Below, in pieces: positions 43,833 to 55,545 of a DNA stretch of 64,000 nucleotides; within the stretch, counting starts at the first letter, position 1, and the number at the start of each line of letters is the position of its first letter. The DNA comes from Pachysolen tannophilus NRRL Y-2460 (lineage: Eukaryota), in assembly GCA_001661245.1 (NCBI GenBank), contig KV454013.1:838502-902501 (forward strand), in the 5' to 3' direction. The position numbers and the translations under genes were made by a program. Below the pieces are notes generated by a model, which was not told where the DNA came from, did not search any database, and was given only the letters and a program-made list of their open reading frames with translations.

Positions 43833-46403
43833 ATGTCTTTTATAATAAAATATAAGAATATGTCCAAACGCAAATCTACTTTTTCCAAAATAGTACTTGC
43901 AGTTTTGGTATTATTGACAATAGATTTTGCTTTATTTTATAATAATTCTTCTGTAAGTCAGCAAACTATTACCAATCAAATACTTGATACAAATATTGGA
44001 CATCAAGTTCATAAATATTATGATCAAAATAATAATAAAGTGGATGAAGTGGTTGAAGTGATCAATGATAATAAAGATTTACTTGAATTATACGATGTCT
44101 CAAATCCAAGAAATAGAAGATTAAGATCTTTTTTACATTCAGATTTATATGATGAATTAAGACCTGAATTAGTTGATAAACTTAAATCAAAAAATAAAAA
44201 TTTTGGGAAATTTGATAAAAGATTATTACCTGCTTTTTATTTAAATTTAATAAATAAAAATTTAGATATAAATTCTAATAATACTTCAATTTTACCTGAA
44301 GATTTTAAATTACCATTTAATTGGAATTTAGTAACTAATACAGCTCAAGAAATAAGAAATAATTTATATTTTGAAAAAATAATAGCAAATAAATCAACTT
44401 GTCAAGAATTTCATGATCTTTCACCTGAAAATCAACCAGAAAATTTTTCAGAATATTGTTTAGATTATAATTATACTGATCCAAATTATAAACATAATGA
44501 TTATAAATTACCATTTAGAATAGTTAAAAAACTTGATGAACATTTAACAGATGTTCATTGGAGAAGACTTTATAGTCAAATGTATATATTGGATAATTTC
44601 CCAATCCCAGATAATGCTATATTTATGGGAGGAATTGGTCAAAGTGAAATGAAATCATTATTAGTTCCATTGAAAAAAGTAACAAATGGTAAAAATGATA
44701 TAACAAAGATAACATCACAAGATGATAAATTGAAAAATTATTATAATAAATTATCTGAAGATTATATTAATGATAGATTAGATGAATTTAAATCTTTAAA
44801 AAGAGAAGATGTCTTAGCAAATGGTATTTCACTTTATCAAGAATATATTAAATTAAATCAAAAATTAGAATATAGTGGTTTAAAAGAAAAATTATTTGAA
44901 AATTCAATAGCTGAACCAATTTATAAACCAAATAAACCAATGATTTTAGGAAGAAAAATTTCATTTTTACCAGAATCAAGTATTGTTGAATTAGAACCAA
45001 AAATTTTTGATTGGTATTTACCAGATGAATTAAAAAAATTAGAAGTTGAAATTTCAAATGCAAAAGAAGGTGATGATGTTTCTCAATTAAAACATTTAGT
45101 TCAATGTGCTAAAAATATTGCTAATGAAAAATATGAAGAACCATGGTATTATGGAATTCCAAGAGTTGAAACAGAAGAATTAACTCATTATGATTGGAGA
45201 TTTTTCAATGAATATACTGTTAAAGAAAATGGTGAATTACATACAGCAGTACTTCATAGATTAGCTAGAGTTTGGTATAGAATGTGTCAAGAATTTGGTA
45301 TGCTGTCTTGGTTAAACCATGGTCCTTTAATTGGATGGTATTGGAATGGTGTTAGTATGCCATATGATTTTGATTTAGATTTACAAATGCCAATTCAACA
45401 TTTACATAAAATGGCTAAATTTTTAAATAATACTATATTATTTGATTTATCAAATGAACCAGAATATATTAATGATGATGTTAAAATTGATAATAAAGCT
45501 GAATTTGGTTATAGAAGTTATTTTATTGATATTGATCCAATTTATTGGGATAGACAAATGCTTAGAAGTATTGAAAATAAAATAGATGCAAGATTAATTG
45601 ATACTGAAACAGGAATTTATATTGATATAACTGCATTATCTGATTTACATGGAGGAAATGATTTTAATTTTGAAAAAGAATTAGAATATATTAAGAGTCC
45701 ACAGACTAAAACATTAAAAAATAGAATGTTTGCACCAATTTATATGGATCAATATCGTGATGAAGATGGTGCTTATGTTAAAAATGATGCAACATCTGAA
45801 AGTATTCAAACAAATTTAATTGAAAGATATGAAACTTATATGAAAAATAATCCAGGTAAAGATACTCTTGCTCCAGATTCTCCTGCAAGAGAATTAGATG
45901 GTATAATTCATGATAAACATTATCATACATATAAAGTTTCAGAAATATCACCATTAGTTCCAATTTATTTTGAAGGTACATTATGTTATATTCCTGGAAA
46001 TTGGCATAGAAATATAGCAATTGAATATGGTATTAAAGCAACTCATGAAACATATTTCCATAAAAATAAATTTCTTAAAGATTTAATGTTATGGGTAAAT
46101 TATGAAGAATGTCCAAGTTTTTGGGATAAAGAAACAGGTAAACCTTTAAGTGAAGATGAATCAGAAAATGATGTTGCAATGAATTGTCTTAATTATAATA
46201 AAAAAATTGAAAAAGATTTTAAAACCAATCATTTTTACAGTATTATGCATTCTTTCTTTAGAGAAAAGATTGAACCAAGATTGGATAGTAAATTTAAACC
46301 AAATTATGACAATTATCAAACTGAATTATTCCCAATTCTTCAAAAAATTCCTGGAAATATAATGAGGGCTGAGCCTTGGGTTTCTGAAAACTTATTTACA
46401 TAA
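43833..46403 (+). CDS. Mnn4/Mnn14-like LicD-family mannosylphosphate transfer protein
   Basis: N-terminal TM; HYDWRFF; HGPLIGWYWNG..PYDFDLDLQMPI; IDARLIDTETGIYIDITAL. Confidence 0.88.
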   Translation: MSFIIKYKNMSKRKSTFSKIVLAVLVLLTIDFALFYNNSSVSQQTITNQILDTNIGHQVHKYYDQNNNKVDEVVEVINDNKDLLELYDVSNPRNRRLRSFLHSDLYDELRPELVDKLKSKNKNFGKFDKRLLPAFYLNLINKNLDINSNNTSILPEDFKLPFNWNLVTNTAQEIRNNLYFEKIIANKSTCQEFHDLSPENQPENFSEYCLDYNYTDPNYKHNDYKLPFRIVKKLDEHLTDVHWRRLYSQMYILDNFPIPDNAIFMGGIGQSEMKSLLVPLKKVTNGKNDITKITSQDDKLKNYYNKLSEDYINDRLDEFKSLKREDVLANGISLYQEYIKLNQKLEYSGLKEKLFENSIAEPIYKPNKPMILGRKISFLPESSIVELEPKIFDWYLPDELKKLEVEISNAKEGDDVSQLKHLVQCAKNIANEKYEEPWYYGIPRVETEELTHYDWRFFNEYTVKENGELHTAVLHRLARVWYRMCQEFGMLSWLNHGPLIGWYWNGVSMPYDFDLDLQMPIQHLHKMAKFLNNTILFDLSNEPEYINDDVKIDNKAEFGYRSYFIDIDPIYWDRQMLRSIENKIDARLIDTETGIYIDITALSDLHGGNDFNFEKELEYIKSPQTKTLKNRMFAPIYMDQYRDEDGAYVKNDATSESIQTNLIERYETYMKNNPGKDTLAPDSPARELDGIIHDKHYHTYKVSEISPLVPIYFEGTLCYIPGNWHRNIAIEYGIKATHETYFHKNKFLKDLMLWVNYEECPSFWDKETGKPLSEDESENDVAMNCLNYNKKIEKDFKTNHFYSIMHSFFREKIEPRLDSKFKPNYDNYQTELFPILQKIPGNIMRAEPWVSENLFT

Positions 46404-47282
46404 AAGATAAAAGATGGATGAATATTAATCACTCACTACACAAAAAAACCTTCCTTTGTCCCTCATCCCTCATCCCATCCATCAACAAAAAAATACTTTT
46501 TTTTTAATTCATTTTACTCTGCTTTATTTTTTCCAAATTTTCATTTATTGCTATTTTTTTATTCTTCTTCATCATCATCTTCCCCATTTCTTGTATTATC
46601 TATCGCATTTTAACTTCTATATTTTATTGTTTTTTTCTTTATCTTTTTTATCTTTTTACTTTTTACTTCTTTTCTGGTTTTTTCTTTTTCCTTTTCCTTT
46701 TTTTTTGCCTTTTCATGGTTTATATGTTTGATACCGGTTTGTTTTATATTTAATAGTCAACACCCAAATTGATACTTTTAATAGATTTTATTTTTATTGA
46801 TTTTAATATTAAAAAAATATAAAATACATTCATTACTTACCTTATCTATTTTATAAATACTTGTTTCTTTTAATAAGTAAATCATCTATCTGTGAGCAAC
46901 TTTAAATATTTTTAGGTGACATAATCACTTTTTTTTTTAAAAATAACAAACAAAAAAAAAACATAAAAAAAAGGTAAATAGTATAAGCCCATCAATAAGT
47001 AATGATTGCTACCGTTAGCGGTAACTTGTATAAATTCATTTTTATATAAGATTAATAAATAATATATATATAAACTTGAAGGGATAATTTAAGTAAAGTA
47101 AAGTAAAGTAAATTAAATTAGAATTAACTTTTAGTTAACTTAAGTTAATTATTATTATTATTATTATTATTATAAAATAAAAAATAATTGTTATTAGAGT
47201 TGTATAGAATAGTTGATTTTTTTTTTTTTTTTATAAATTTTATTGTTGTATTGTATTGTAGATTTTTATTTTTGATATTATT

Positions 47283-48299
47283 ATGAGGTTTTTATCTTTA
47301 TTTCAATATTGGCAATTACCATTATTGGCGTTAATATCATGGTATGGAATGTTGATTGCCATGTTGGCATGTTGGTCATTTCAAGGTCATCCTATTTATT
47401 GGTTTATGACTGGGTATCAAGATCCGGTATATCTTTCTGATATAGGCGCTACTTCATTACAACCACTTTTCATTGCTTGTGCTGGATTTCAAGGTTTATT
47501 TTATTTTATAACCTTTGTTTGTGAATTTTTTTTAAGATTGAATAAAAAATTAATTCCAGGTTTTTATAATAAAGATGAAAAAAATTTAAGTTTTGCCGCC
47601 ATTATATTTGCCGCCATTGGCCAATTGGGGATCTTGATGGTATCCATCTTTAATACTCATAATTTTAGTAGAGTACATGTTATTATGCTTTGTGTTTTCA
47701 TTGTGGGTGTTTTCCTGTGTATGGTTTGTAATATAGGAGAATATGGGTCATTATGGAGACATTATAGGACTCAAGGAGATAATTATGATGTGGAAACTTA
47801 TTATGATGTTTATTCCGTTGAAAATGGCCGTGGTCATGGACATGGTACCGGCGGCGGCAATGGCAACGGCAATGGCGCTATTACCCACGGTGGCAGTGTC
47901 AGTGGCAATGGCTATGGTTATGGCGGTAATAACCATTTATTCATATTTGGTATGGATAAGTTAGTAATTAGTTTTTTCGGGAAACTAATTTGGATAATCA
48001 TTGCTATTGTGTTTGCAGTGGTGTTTGCCGTTGACATGAAAAGTTCTTCTGATGAAGAATGGGGGATCTCAGCTTCATTCGAATGGACATTATGTTTTTG
48101 GTATGGTATCTTACATAGCCTATTGGCAATCGATTTAAGTTGTACAAGACATCTGGGCTATGACCATCATCATTACTACGAAAAAGAAGGAGATGATGAT
48201 AGGCATACAATAAATGATAGTAATCATACAAATAATACCATCTCACTGGCAACGGCAACAGCTACTGATTATACAGAAACTCCGGTTTTACCTTCGTGA
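47283..48299 (+). CDS. SFK1: Sfk1 (Frag1/DRAM family) membrane protein
   Basis: WYGMLIAML..W..QGHPIYWFM, VYLSDIGATSLQPLFI, SASFEW. Confidence 0.85.
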   Translation: MRFLSLFQYWQLPLLALISWYGMLIAMLACWSFQGHPIYWFMTGYQDPVYLSDIGATSLQPLFIACAGFQGLFYFITFVCEFFLRLNKKLIPGFYNKDEKNLSFAAIIFAAIGQLGILMVSIFNTHNFSRVHVIMLCVFIVGVFLCMVCNIGEYGSLWRHYRTQGDNYDVETYYDVYSVENGRGHGHGTGGGNGNGNGAITHGGSVSGNGYGYGGNNHLFIFGMDKLVISFFGKLIWIIIAIVFAVVFAVDMKSSSDEEWGISASFEWTLCFWYGILHSLLAIDLSCTRHLGYDHHHYYEKEGDDDRHTINDSNHTNNTISLATATATDYTETPVLPS

Positions 48300-48686
48300 T
48301 ATGATAACTCAATTAGATTTAGAGATAGACAAGAATTTGTATTTTTTTCTTTCTTTCTTTCTTTCTTTTTATTAGTTAGTTAGTTGTGTTTAGCTTTTTT
48401 TTTTTTACAAGTTGCTATGTATTATTGTATTATTGTTTTCTTCAGATATAAATTTCAACAGATTTCAAATTGATTGTGTTTTTTTGAAATTAAAACCTTG
48501 AAAAGGGGGTGAACTCCCTATTTTTATTTATTTATTTTTAAATAAATATGTATCTTTTTGCCCTTCATTTCGTCCGCTTAAATTAATAAAAGATGAAATT
48601 ATAAAAATATATTTAAATTGAAACAAATCAATTGATTTTGAATTTTTTCTATCTCTCTATCTCTATTTGTGTGTAAAAGAGAGACA

Positions 48687-49637
48687 ATGGAGTTTAAACT
48701 GGTTTCATCATCATCATCTAAACCTTTATCATCAGCGGTATTGGTGAAAATAATAGCACCAAAATTACAAAAATTAAAGTGGTTACTTAAGTTAATAGTA
48801 AATCCAAATTTTTATGATTTAATAAATAATTCAATTTTTGAAAATTCATATAATTTAGATTCAACTTTATCTACAATTTGTTATTTAGCATTATTTGCTT
48901 CTCAAGTATTGTTATATCAACCAAAAATTATATTATATTTAAAGAAATTGATTATACTTATTAAAAAAAAATATAATATTAATATTAATTTATTTAATGA
49001 TATAAATGAAAAAGAAAATAATAAAGAACAAGAATTTGAAAAGAAAGAACCAATTATAAATGAGAAGATTTTAATCATATCACAAAAGCTTAAATTGTTG
49101 TCCTCATATATATCGGATGTTAGAATTTTTAATAGAATGTGGGCAACATTACCATTAGCCTCATGGATGTTTTCAACTTTCCAAAATATTTATCAAAAAC
49201 CATCAAATCAATATTCAAATTTTAATAAATTATTGGATTTCTTACAAGTTACATCATGTTTTCTATTACAATTATTTGAAAATATTGGATTTTTGGGAGA
49301 TCATAAATTTATAAATCAATTAGAATCAAAATCTCTTTGGTATAATATATGGTGTTGTAAATTATGGGGGTTTTACGTTATTCTTGACATTATTAAAAAT
49401 TTTGAACAATTATTAAAAAGAAAAGGTGGATCCCGTCTTTTACTGTTGTACAATATTGATGATGATTTAAATCAAAAATTTATTTCAAATATTGGTGATT
49501 TACCATTGACAATTCATTGGTCAATGGAAAAAGGATGTTTATCACCATTGGCTGTTGGGTTTTTCGGTACATTGAGTAGAGGATCAAAGGCATTGAATGT
49601 TTGGAAAAATACTTTTAAAGAAATTAGTAAGTTATAA
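48687..49637 (+). CDS. Pex11-family peroxisomal membrane protein (Pex11C-like)
   Basis: ISDVRIFNRMW, LQLFENIGFL, LPLTIHWSMEKG..VGFFG. Confidence 0.6.
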   Translation: MEFKLVSSSSSKPLSSAVLVKIIAPKLQKLKWLLKLIVNPNFYDLINNSIFENSYNLDSTLSTICYLALFASQVLLYQPKIILYLKKLIILIKKKYNININLFNDINEKENNKEQEFEKKEPIINEKILIISQKLKLLSSYISDVRIFNRMWATLPLASWMFSTFQNIYQKPSNQYSNFNKLLDFLQVTSCFLLQLFENIGFLGDHKFINQLESKSLWYNIWCCKLWGFYVILDIIKNFEQLLKRKGGSRLLLLYNIDDDLNQKFISNIGDLPLTIHWSMEKGCLSPLAVGFFGTLSRGSKALNVWKNTFKEISKL

Positions 49638-50046
49638 TTATAGTATGATTAATCACTTTCCCCATATATAGTTTATAGTCTTTTGTTTAAAATATTATGA
49701 ACCATACTCTTAAGCTAAAAAAAAAACTTCTGATCATATATAATACAGAAATGTGAAAAAAAAAGCTATATATATATATATAACCAAATTATAGTCAAGT
49801 GTACAAGTCTTAAAAAATAAATAACCATTAAAAAAATTAAATTGAAAAAAAAAAAAAGCTTTGACTAAAGCTTTGGAGCTTCTGCTCCTGGATCTTTAAA
49901 AATTAACAAGCAAGAATAAAAGGGAAATTAAAACTTCGAAATTAATAAAGAAAAGAAAAGAAAAGAAGAAAGAAACTAAAGCAATAAAAAAAAAAAAAAA
50001 CAGCAAAAAAAAAAAGCAAAAGCAGAAAGCAAATCCAGTTGGGTCT

Positions 50047-52068
50047 TCATTGTTCAGGATTTTCTCTTAAATAATCAACATGAGGAATAAAAATTTCATC
50101 ACATTCTCTTTGTAGTAAGTCTTTATCTTTTATAAAAGTCAATTCTTTGCCTAAACCTTTCTCAACAATCTTGAGTTCATCTTTTGAATCGTCGTAATTT
50201 TCACATAATAATTGATCGAAAATCTCATTGATTTCTAGTTCAAAGTCTTGTTTAATTCCTGAACCTCTGTACAATCTCCTGTGTTCACCATTTGATTTAA
50301 CGTATTCCATATCATCAATCAATTGGTTAGGAATCAATTTCGGATATGATAAATGCATGAATAAGATTGATGGTTCAACGTATTTTTCATTAGTCGGATC
50401 TTCAGCACAACCATTTAAATAATTATTATGATCAGCTACACAATCATATTGACCTAATGCCTTTGAATGGAAGCTATTGTCTTCATGGTAACCAATGAAT
50501 GCAAATGCCTTTTTAACCTGATAATATGGCTGCTTCAATACATGAGCAGCAGCAATAAATGTCTCTTTATCACCTTCCCCAGCACCACCTTGAGTAAAAA
50601 GTGGATAATAATAGTCTGGTCCAAAGATGTTATAATATAACGATAAATATAATGTAGTAGATTGTAATTTTTTATCTACTAAAATCATTCCACTTTCAGA
50701 TGAAGGATTAGGTATTGTATTTTCCAAATCATGGAAATTGAATTCAGTTTTATCCATAAAATATCCACGAATAGGTTTATCACCAACAGCTATATCTGCA
50801 ATTTCATAATATTTTGGTGATGTTGTCCTTGCCCAAGCATCTGGCCATAATACTAACCCATATTCTTCAAATAGTTTAGAATCTAATAAATAATCTGGAT
50901 TGGAAACAGGTACATTATCTGCATCCAAAAACAACACTTTTTCAAATTTACTTGTTAAAAGTGCTAATGTCTTGTATTGATAACCATTTATCTTAAATTT
51001 CTCCAATAATTTTTCATTTGTAATCTCTTTCCATAATAAATTACATCTAATATTTGATCCAATTTTAGGTAAAATATTATCACAAAAATTTGAATCATAT
51101 TCAGCTTTACTACCAATAAAAACTTCAACTGGTATTTCTGATTTCAATATTTTCAAATATTCAATATTGATTAATGCCAATAAATTGAATTTACTACCAC
51201 CAACAATAACAATACCTTTTGTGCCTTCATCTACTTTCCCAGGATCTCCAAATATTTGATAATCTTGCAGTAATACGCTATCTAAATAAGCTTTGTGGTT
51301 TTTCTTTAAATCAGCTACAGCTTCATCACTAATTTTTAATAATCCATTTAAATATTGTTCACTAAATATAATATCTGTTTCAGTATGAAATCTTTGGGCA
51401 GCATGTCCATTAACATATTCTTTTAAAGCGGGTATTGAAGGTTTAGATTTTGAAATTAATTCAAAAATTTGAGTATAAAAATTAACTTCATTTTCTTTCT
51501 CATCAATTGTGTTTCCTTCTTTATTTATTATTTCTTGAGTATCTTTCCCTTCTTCTTTTAAATTATTTTGTAATTGAGAAGAAGAAGAAGAAGCTTCGCC
51601 ATCATTCTCTTGTGAACCAGAGGCAATGCCTTGAATTCCTTGATTTATTTTCTTACTAATTTCTTCATTATGGAGTCGATCATTATTTACGCTATCACTA
51701 TCAATTTTTTCATTGTAAGCCTTGTCATTTTTAATCTTATAGTCTTCTACATTATAAACAACATTTTTATCCTTCTCCAGTTCTTTGCCGTCAATATCTT
51801 TTACATCTTTATTAATCGTATTAGCAATATTATTAACTTTTAATTGCTGTCCAGAAATAGCATCATTACTATCCTTCCCTTTCTTCAATGATTCAACCTT
51901 ATTATTACCAACTATCACAGCACTAGAAGAATCCAAACTTGACTTCAACTTCTCAATATCCGATTGGTCTATTTCCGTTCCTCTATAATTTCTTAAAGAA
52001 AAAATTATTATCACCACCACCAGGATAACCAATAACAGTTTATGAGACTTCCTCGGTAACCTGATCAT
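50047..52068 (-). CDS. GT71 alpha-1,2-mannosyltransferase (Mnn2/Mnn5 family)
   Basis: Type II TM; GYQYK; LFLDADN; LWPD.W; YYYPLFTQGGAGEGDKETF. Confidence 0.9.
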   Translation of the reverse strand: MIRLPRKSHKLLLVILVVVIIIFSLRNYRGTEIDQSDIEKLKSSLDSSSAVIVGNNKVESLKKGKDSNDAISGQQLKVNNIANTINKDVKDIDGKELEKDKNVVYNVEDYKIKNDKAYNEKIDSDSVNNDRLHNEEISKKINQGIQGIASGSQENDGEASSSSSQLQNNLKEEGKDTQEIINKEGNTIDEKENEVNFYTQIFELISKSKPSIPALKEYVNGHAAQRFHTETDIIFSEQYLNGLLKISDEAVADLKKNHKAYLDSVLLQDYQIFGDPGKVDEGTKGIVIVGGSKFNLLALINIEYLKILKSEIPVEVFIGSKAEYDSNFCDNILPKIGSNIRCNLLWKEITNEKLLEKFKINGYQYKTLALLTSKFEKVLFLDADNVPVSNPDYLLDSKLFEEYGLVLWPDAWARTTSPKYYEIADIAVGDKPIRGYFMDKTEFNFHDLENTIPNPSSESGMILVDKKLQSTTLYLSLYYNIFGPDYYYPLFTQGGAGEGDKETFIAAAHVLKQPYYQVKKAFAFIGYHEDNSFHSKALGQYDCVADHNNYLNGCAEDPTNEKYVEPSILFMHLSYPKLIPNQLIDDMEYVKSNGEHRRLYRGSGIKQDFELEINEIFDQLLCENYDDSKDELKIVEKGLGKELTFIKDKDLLQRECDEIFIPHVDYLRENPEQ

Positions 52069-52376
52069 CGTCACTATAACCTAGATATAGTTCACCTCTA
52101 CACCCAAACCCAATTATCTCGATTGCAATCAATACAAAGTTATTGGGTTTATTTAAATTGTTGTTATTTCTTTTTTTTTATTAGCCAGTAGATGAGACTA
52201 AAAGATGAAATGAGTAAATATTTCACGTTCACGTTAATAAATGCATCTGTTTTCCAATATTTCACGATTTTTACAAATTTCCAATAATTTTTTTCCATTC
52301 TTTCGTTATTCTTTCCTTGGAAAAAAAATAATATTCAAAGTAAAGTGTAGGTGATATAGGCTTTAAAGCTGGTAGG

Positions 52377-55151
52377 ATGATGAGGATGAAGATGTTGAAG
52401 AGGAATTCTACTTGTTTTCAATTTAAGGTATTATTGGTTACTAAGAAGTTTTCTCGCTTAAGCAGGAATTATTCTCAGACCTTTAATACCGCTTCTGAAG
52501 CAACTTTACAAGTGGAATTAAATCAGTTGGATAAGAAATGGATTGATAAATGGTCTTCATTAATTCCAAAAGAGCATCCACATTCGATAAACCCATTGAA
52601 ATTTATCAATCAAGAGAATGAAAAGAAACCAAAGTTGTATACACTTTCAATGTTTCCATACCCTTCGGGTATGTTACATATGGGACATTTAAGAGTTTAT
52701 ACAATAAGTGATGTATTGACCAGATTTAATAGACTTAAAGGTTTTGATGTGATTCATCCTATGGGTTGGGATGCTTTTGGGTTACCAGCTGAGAATGCTG
52801 CAATAGAACGTAATATAGATCCTTCAGTTTGGACAAGGGAGAATATACTTAAGATGAAAGAACAAATGAAATTGATGTTGGCTGATTTTGATTGGGAAAG
52901 AGAAATAACAACTTGTAGTGATGATTATTATAAGCACACTCAAAAAATCTTTAAATTGTTATATGAAAATGGTTTAGCTTACAGATCTAAATCAGAGATA
53001 AATTGGGATCCAGTAGATCAAACTGTGTTGGCCAATGAACAAGTCGATGAAGAGGGAAGATCTTGGAGATCTGGTGCCATTGTTGAGAAAAAATTATTGG
53101 AACAATGGTTTTTAAAAATAACTGATTTTGCAACAGATTTGAATAAAGATTTAAGCTTATTAGAAGAATGGCCTGAAAAAGTTAAGTTAATGCAAAAAAA
53201 TTGGATTGGTGAAAGTCATGGTGTTGAATTAACGTTCAAGTTAACCAATGGTAATGATGAAGATTTGATCAAGACATTTACTACTAGACCAGATACTATT
53301 AAAGGAGTTCAATATTTAGCTATATCATTAGATCATCCCTTGACCAAGAAAATAATGGTTGAAGATGATGCTTTACAAAATTTTATCAAGAGAGCTGAAA
53401 AATTACCAGAAGATACAAAAGAAGGTTATTTATTGTCTGAAATTTATGTTAAAAATCCCATTGATCCGTTACATAACAATATACCTGTATTTGTAGCTCC
53501 TTATGTATTGGGTTCATATGGTCATGGTGCTGTTATGGGCTGTCCCGGACATGATCAACGAGATTATGAATTTTGGATTGAAAATGCTTCTAATCAACCA
53601 ATCATTAAGATTATTGATCCATCGGATCCAAATATCAAAGTTGATGTAAATAAGCCTTACCTTGGTAAAAATGGTGTATTAAATCAAAAAGCTGGTAAAT
53701 ATCAAGGTTTATCGGTGAAAGAGGCAACAAGTCAAATAATAAAAGATTTAGAAAGTGTAAAATTAGGTCAAAAAGTTACTCAGTATCGTATTAGAGATTG
53801 GTTAATAAGTAGGCAACGTTATTGGGGTGCACCTATACCTATGATTCATTGTAATTCTTGTGGTATAGTTCCAGTTCCAGATGAAGATTTACCTGTGTTA
53901 TTACCAAAAGTCGATAAGATTATGGGTAAAGGTGGATCACCTTTATCCAAGGTTGATGATTTTGTTAATGTCAAATGTCCAAGTTGTCATAAAAATGCCA
54001 AGAGAGAAACTGATACAATGGATACTTTTATGGATTCTTCATGGTATTTTTTCAGATATTTAGATCCTAAAAACACTGAAATTCCATTTGACAAATTAAA
54101 AGCTTCAAATCAAATGCCTGTTGATATATATATCGGAGGTGTTGAACATGCCATTTTACACTTGTTATACTCAAGATTTATTGGGAAATTCCTACATAGA
54201 ATTGGATACTGGGATTCCAAAATGAATGGAGAGCCAATCAAGAAATTGATTACCCAAGGAATGGTTCATGGTAAGACTTTTATTAACCCTGTAAATGGAA
54301 GGTTCTTAAAGCCCGAAGAATTAATTTATGATTCTTCGGAAACCAGTCCAAGGATTAAAGAAACTGGCCAAGAGCCTTTAGTTACATATGAGAAAATGTC
54401 CAAGTCCAAATACAACGGTGCTGACCCTGGTAAAACCATTGCCAAATATGGAGCCGATTCCACAAGGGCTCATATCTTATTCCAAGCGCCATTAACAGAT
54501 ATCTTGGATTGGGATGAATTAAAAATCGTTGGCGTTCAAAGGTGGTTAAGAAAAGTTTTGAACTTGAGCCATAGAATCTCGAAATTGGTCAAGACAGAAA
54601 CAGTTTTAGAAAAACCTAAAATTCTAAACCAAGATGAAATCAAATTACACAATGATTTACAACATTATATTAAATCTGTTGAAGATTCTTTTACTAGTAC
54701 ATCATCACTAAACACCGTGGTTTCCGATTACATGAAATTAACAAATTCTCTCATATCATCTCTAGACTCTTCCAAAGTCAGCTTGGCATTGATTGAAGAT
54801 GCTTTTTTGAAATTATTAATCATTCTATCACCGGTAACTCCCACGGTTTCTGAAGAAGCTTACGAGATATATTGTAACAATTTGAATAAAAATTGGAAAT
54901 CAGTCTTAATAAATCAATGGCCCAAGTTAGAACCAGTAATTGAAAGTGACTCAGTCAATTACAGTGTTATGATAAACGGTAAATTTAGGTTTGTATTCAA
55001 TGGTAAGAAATCATTATACAAAACTCAAGATCAAAATGAAATCTTAAAAGAAATTTTATACCTTAAAGAAGGTCAAAAATGGTTGCAAAATCGTGAAATC
55101 AAGAGAACAATCATTAAACCAAAAATGATCAGCTTCCTTGTAAATACTTAA
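52377..55151 (+). CDS. NAM2: Mitochondrial leucyl-tRNA synthetase
   Basis: [18 protein letters not shown] and a basic presequence. Confidence 0.95.
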   Translation: MMRMKMLKRNSTCFQFKVLLVTKKFSRLSRNYSQTFNTASEATLQVELNQLDKKWIDKWSSLIPKEHPHSINPLKFINQENEKKPKLYTLSMFPYPSGMLHMGHLRVYTISDVLTRFNRLKGFDVIHPMGWDAFGLPAENAAIERNIDPSVWTRENILKMKEQMKLMLADFDWEREITTCSDDYYKHTQKIFKLLYENGLAYRSKSEINWDPVDQTVLANEQVDEEGRSWRSGAIVEKKLLEQWFLKITDFATDLNKDLSLLEEWPEKVKLMQKNWIGESHGVELTFKLTNGNDEDLIKTFTTRPDTIKGVQYLAISLDHPLTKKIMVEDDALQNFIKRAEKLPEDTKEGYLLSEIYVKNPIDPLHNNIPVFVAPYVLGSYGHGAVMGCPGHDQRDYEFWIENASNQPIIKIIDPSDPNIKVDVNKPYLGKNGVLNQKAGKYQGLSVKEATSQIIKDLESVKLGQKVTQYRIRDWLISRQRYWGAPIPMIHCNSCGIVPVPDEDLPVLLPKVDKIMGKGGSPLSKVDDFVNVKCPSCHKNAKRETDTMDTFMDSSWYFFRYLDPKNTEIPFDKLKASNQMPVDIYIGGVEHAILHLLYSRFIGKFLHRIGYWDSKMNGEPIKKLITQGMVHGKTFINPVNGRFLKPEELIYDSSETSPRIKETGQEPLVTYEKMSKSKYNGADPGKTIAKYGADSTRAHILFQAPLTDILDWDELKIVGVQRWLRKVLNLSHRISKLVKTETVLEKPKILNQDEIKLHNDLQHYIKSVEDSFTSTSSLNTVVSDYMKLTNSLISSLDSSKVSLALIEDAFLKLLIILSPVTPTVSEEAYEIYCNNLNKNWKSVLINQWPKLEPVIESDSVNYSVMINGKFRFVFNGKKSLYKTQDQNEILKEILYLKEGQKWLQNREIKRTIIKPKMISFLVNT

Positions 55152-55545
55152 ATAGAGAAAAAAAACTTGTAAATAAACTAGATTCTTAGATCTCTTAGAT
55201 CTCTCTTAATTACAAAGAAACCTGGTTTCTTTTTAGTATGTTTTAATTATTTTTAATGTAAGAAAAAAGCTCTCGGGTTTTAACCAACGAAAAAAAAAAT
55301 AATGAAAAATTTCAACCAAAAACAATTGAATTTTGTTTAATTTTTGATCATTCATAATTCTGTGAGATTTAAAGAAGAATCGGTGGCAATAGTGATAGAA
55401 TAGATCTACTGAAGCAAGAGAGTTTGGTTTTTTCTTTTTCTTTTTTTTTTGTCTTTTGGTTTTTGGAATTGAGGTTTCACTGTATTTTAGTAATACGTTG
55501 TGTTGTTTTTTTTGTTAGCTTTCCAATTAACAAGAAAAGATTAAG

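Noticed and set aside
46456..46731. 91-aa Phe/Leu-rich ORF
   Set aside because: Translation of T-rich intergenic DNA.
46834..46843. U1 snRNA-like 5' end (TACTTACCTT)
   Set aside because: No U1 stem-loops follow; AT-rich chance match.
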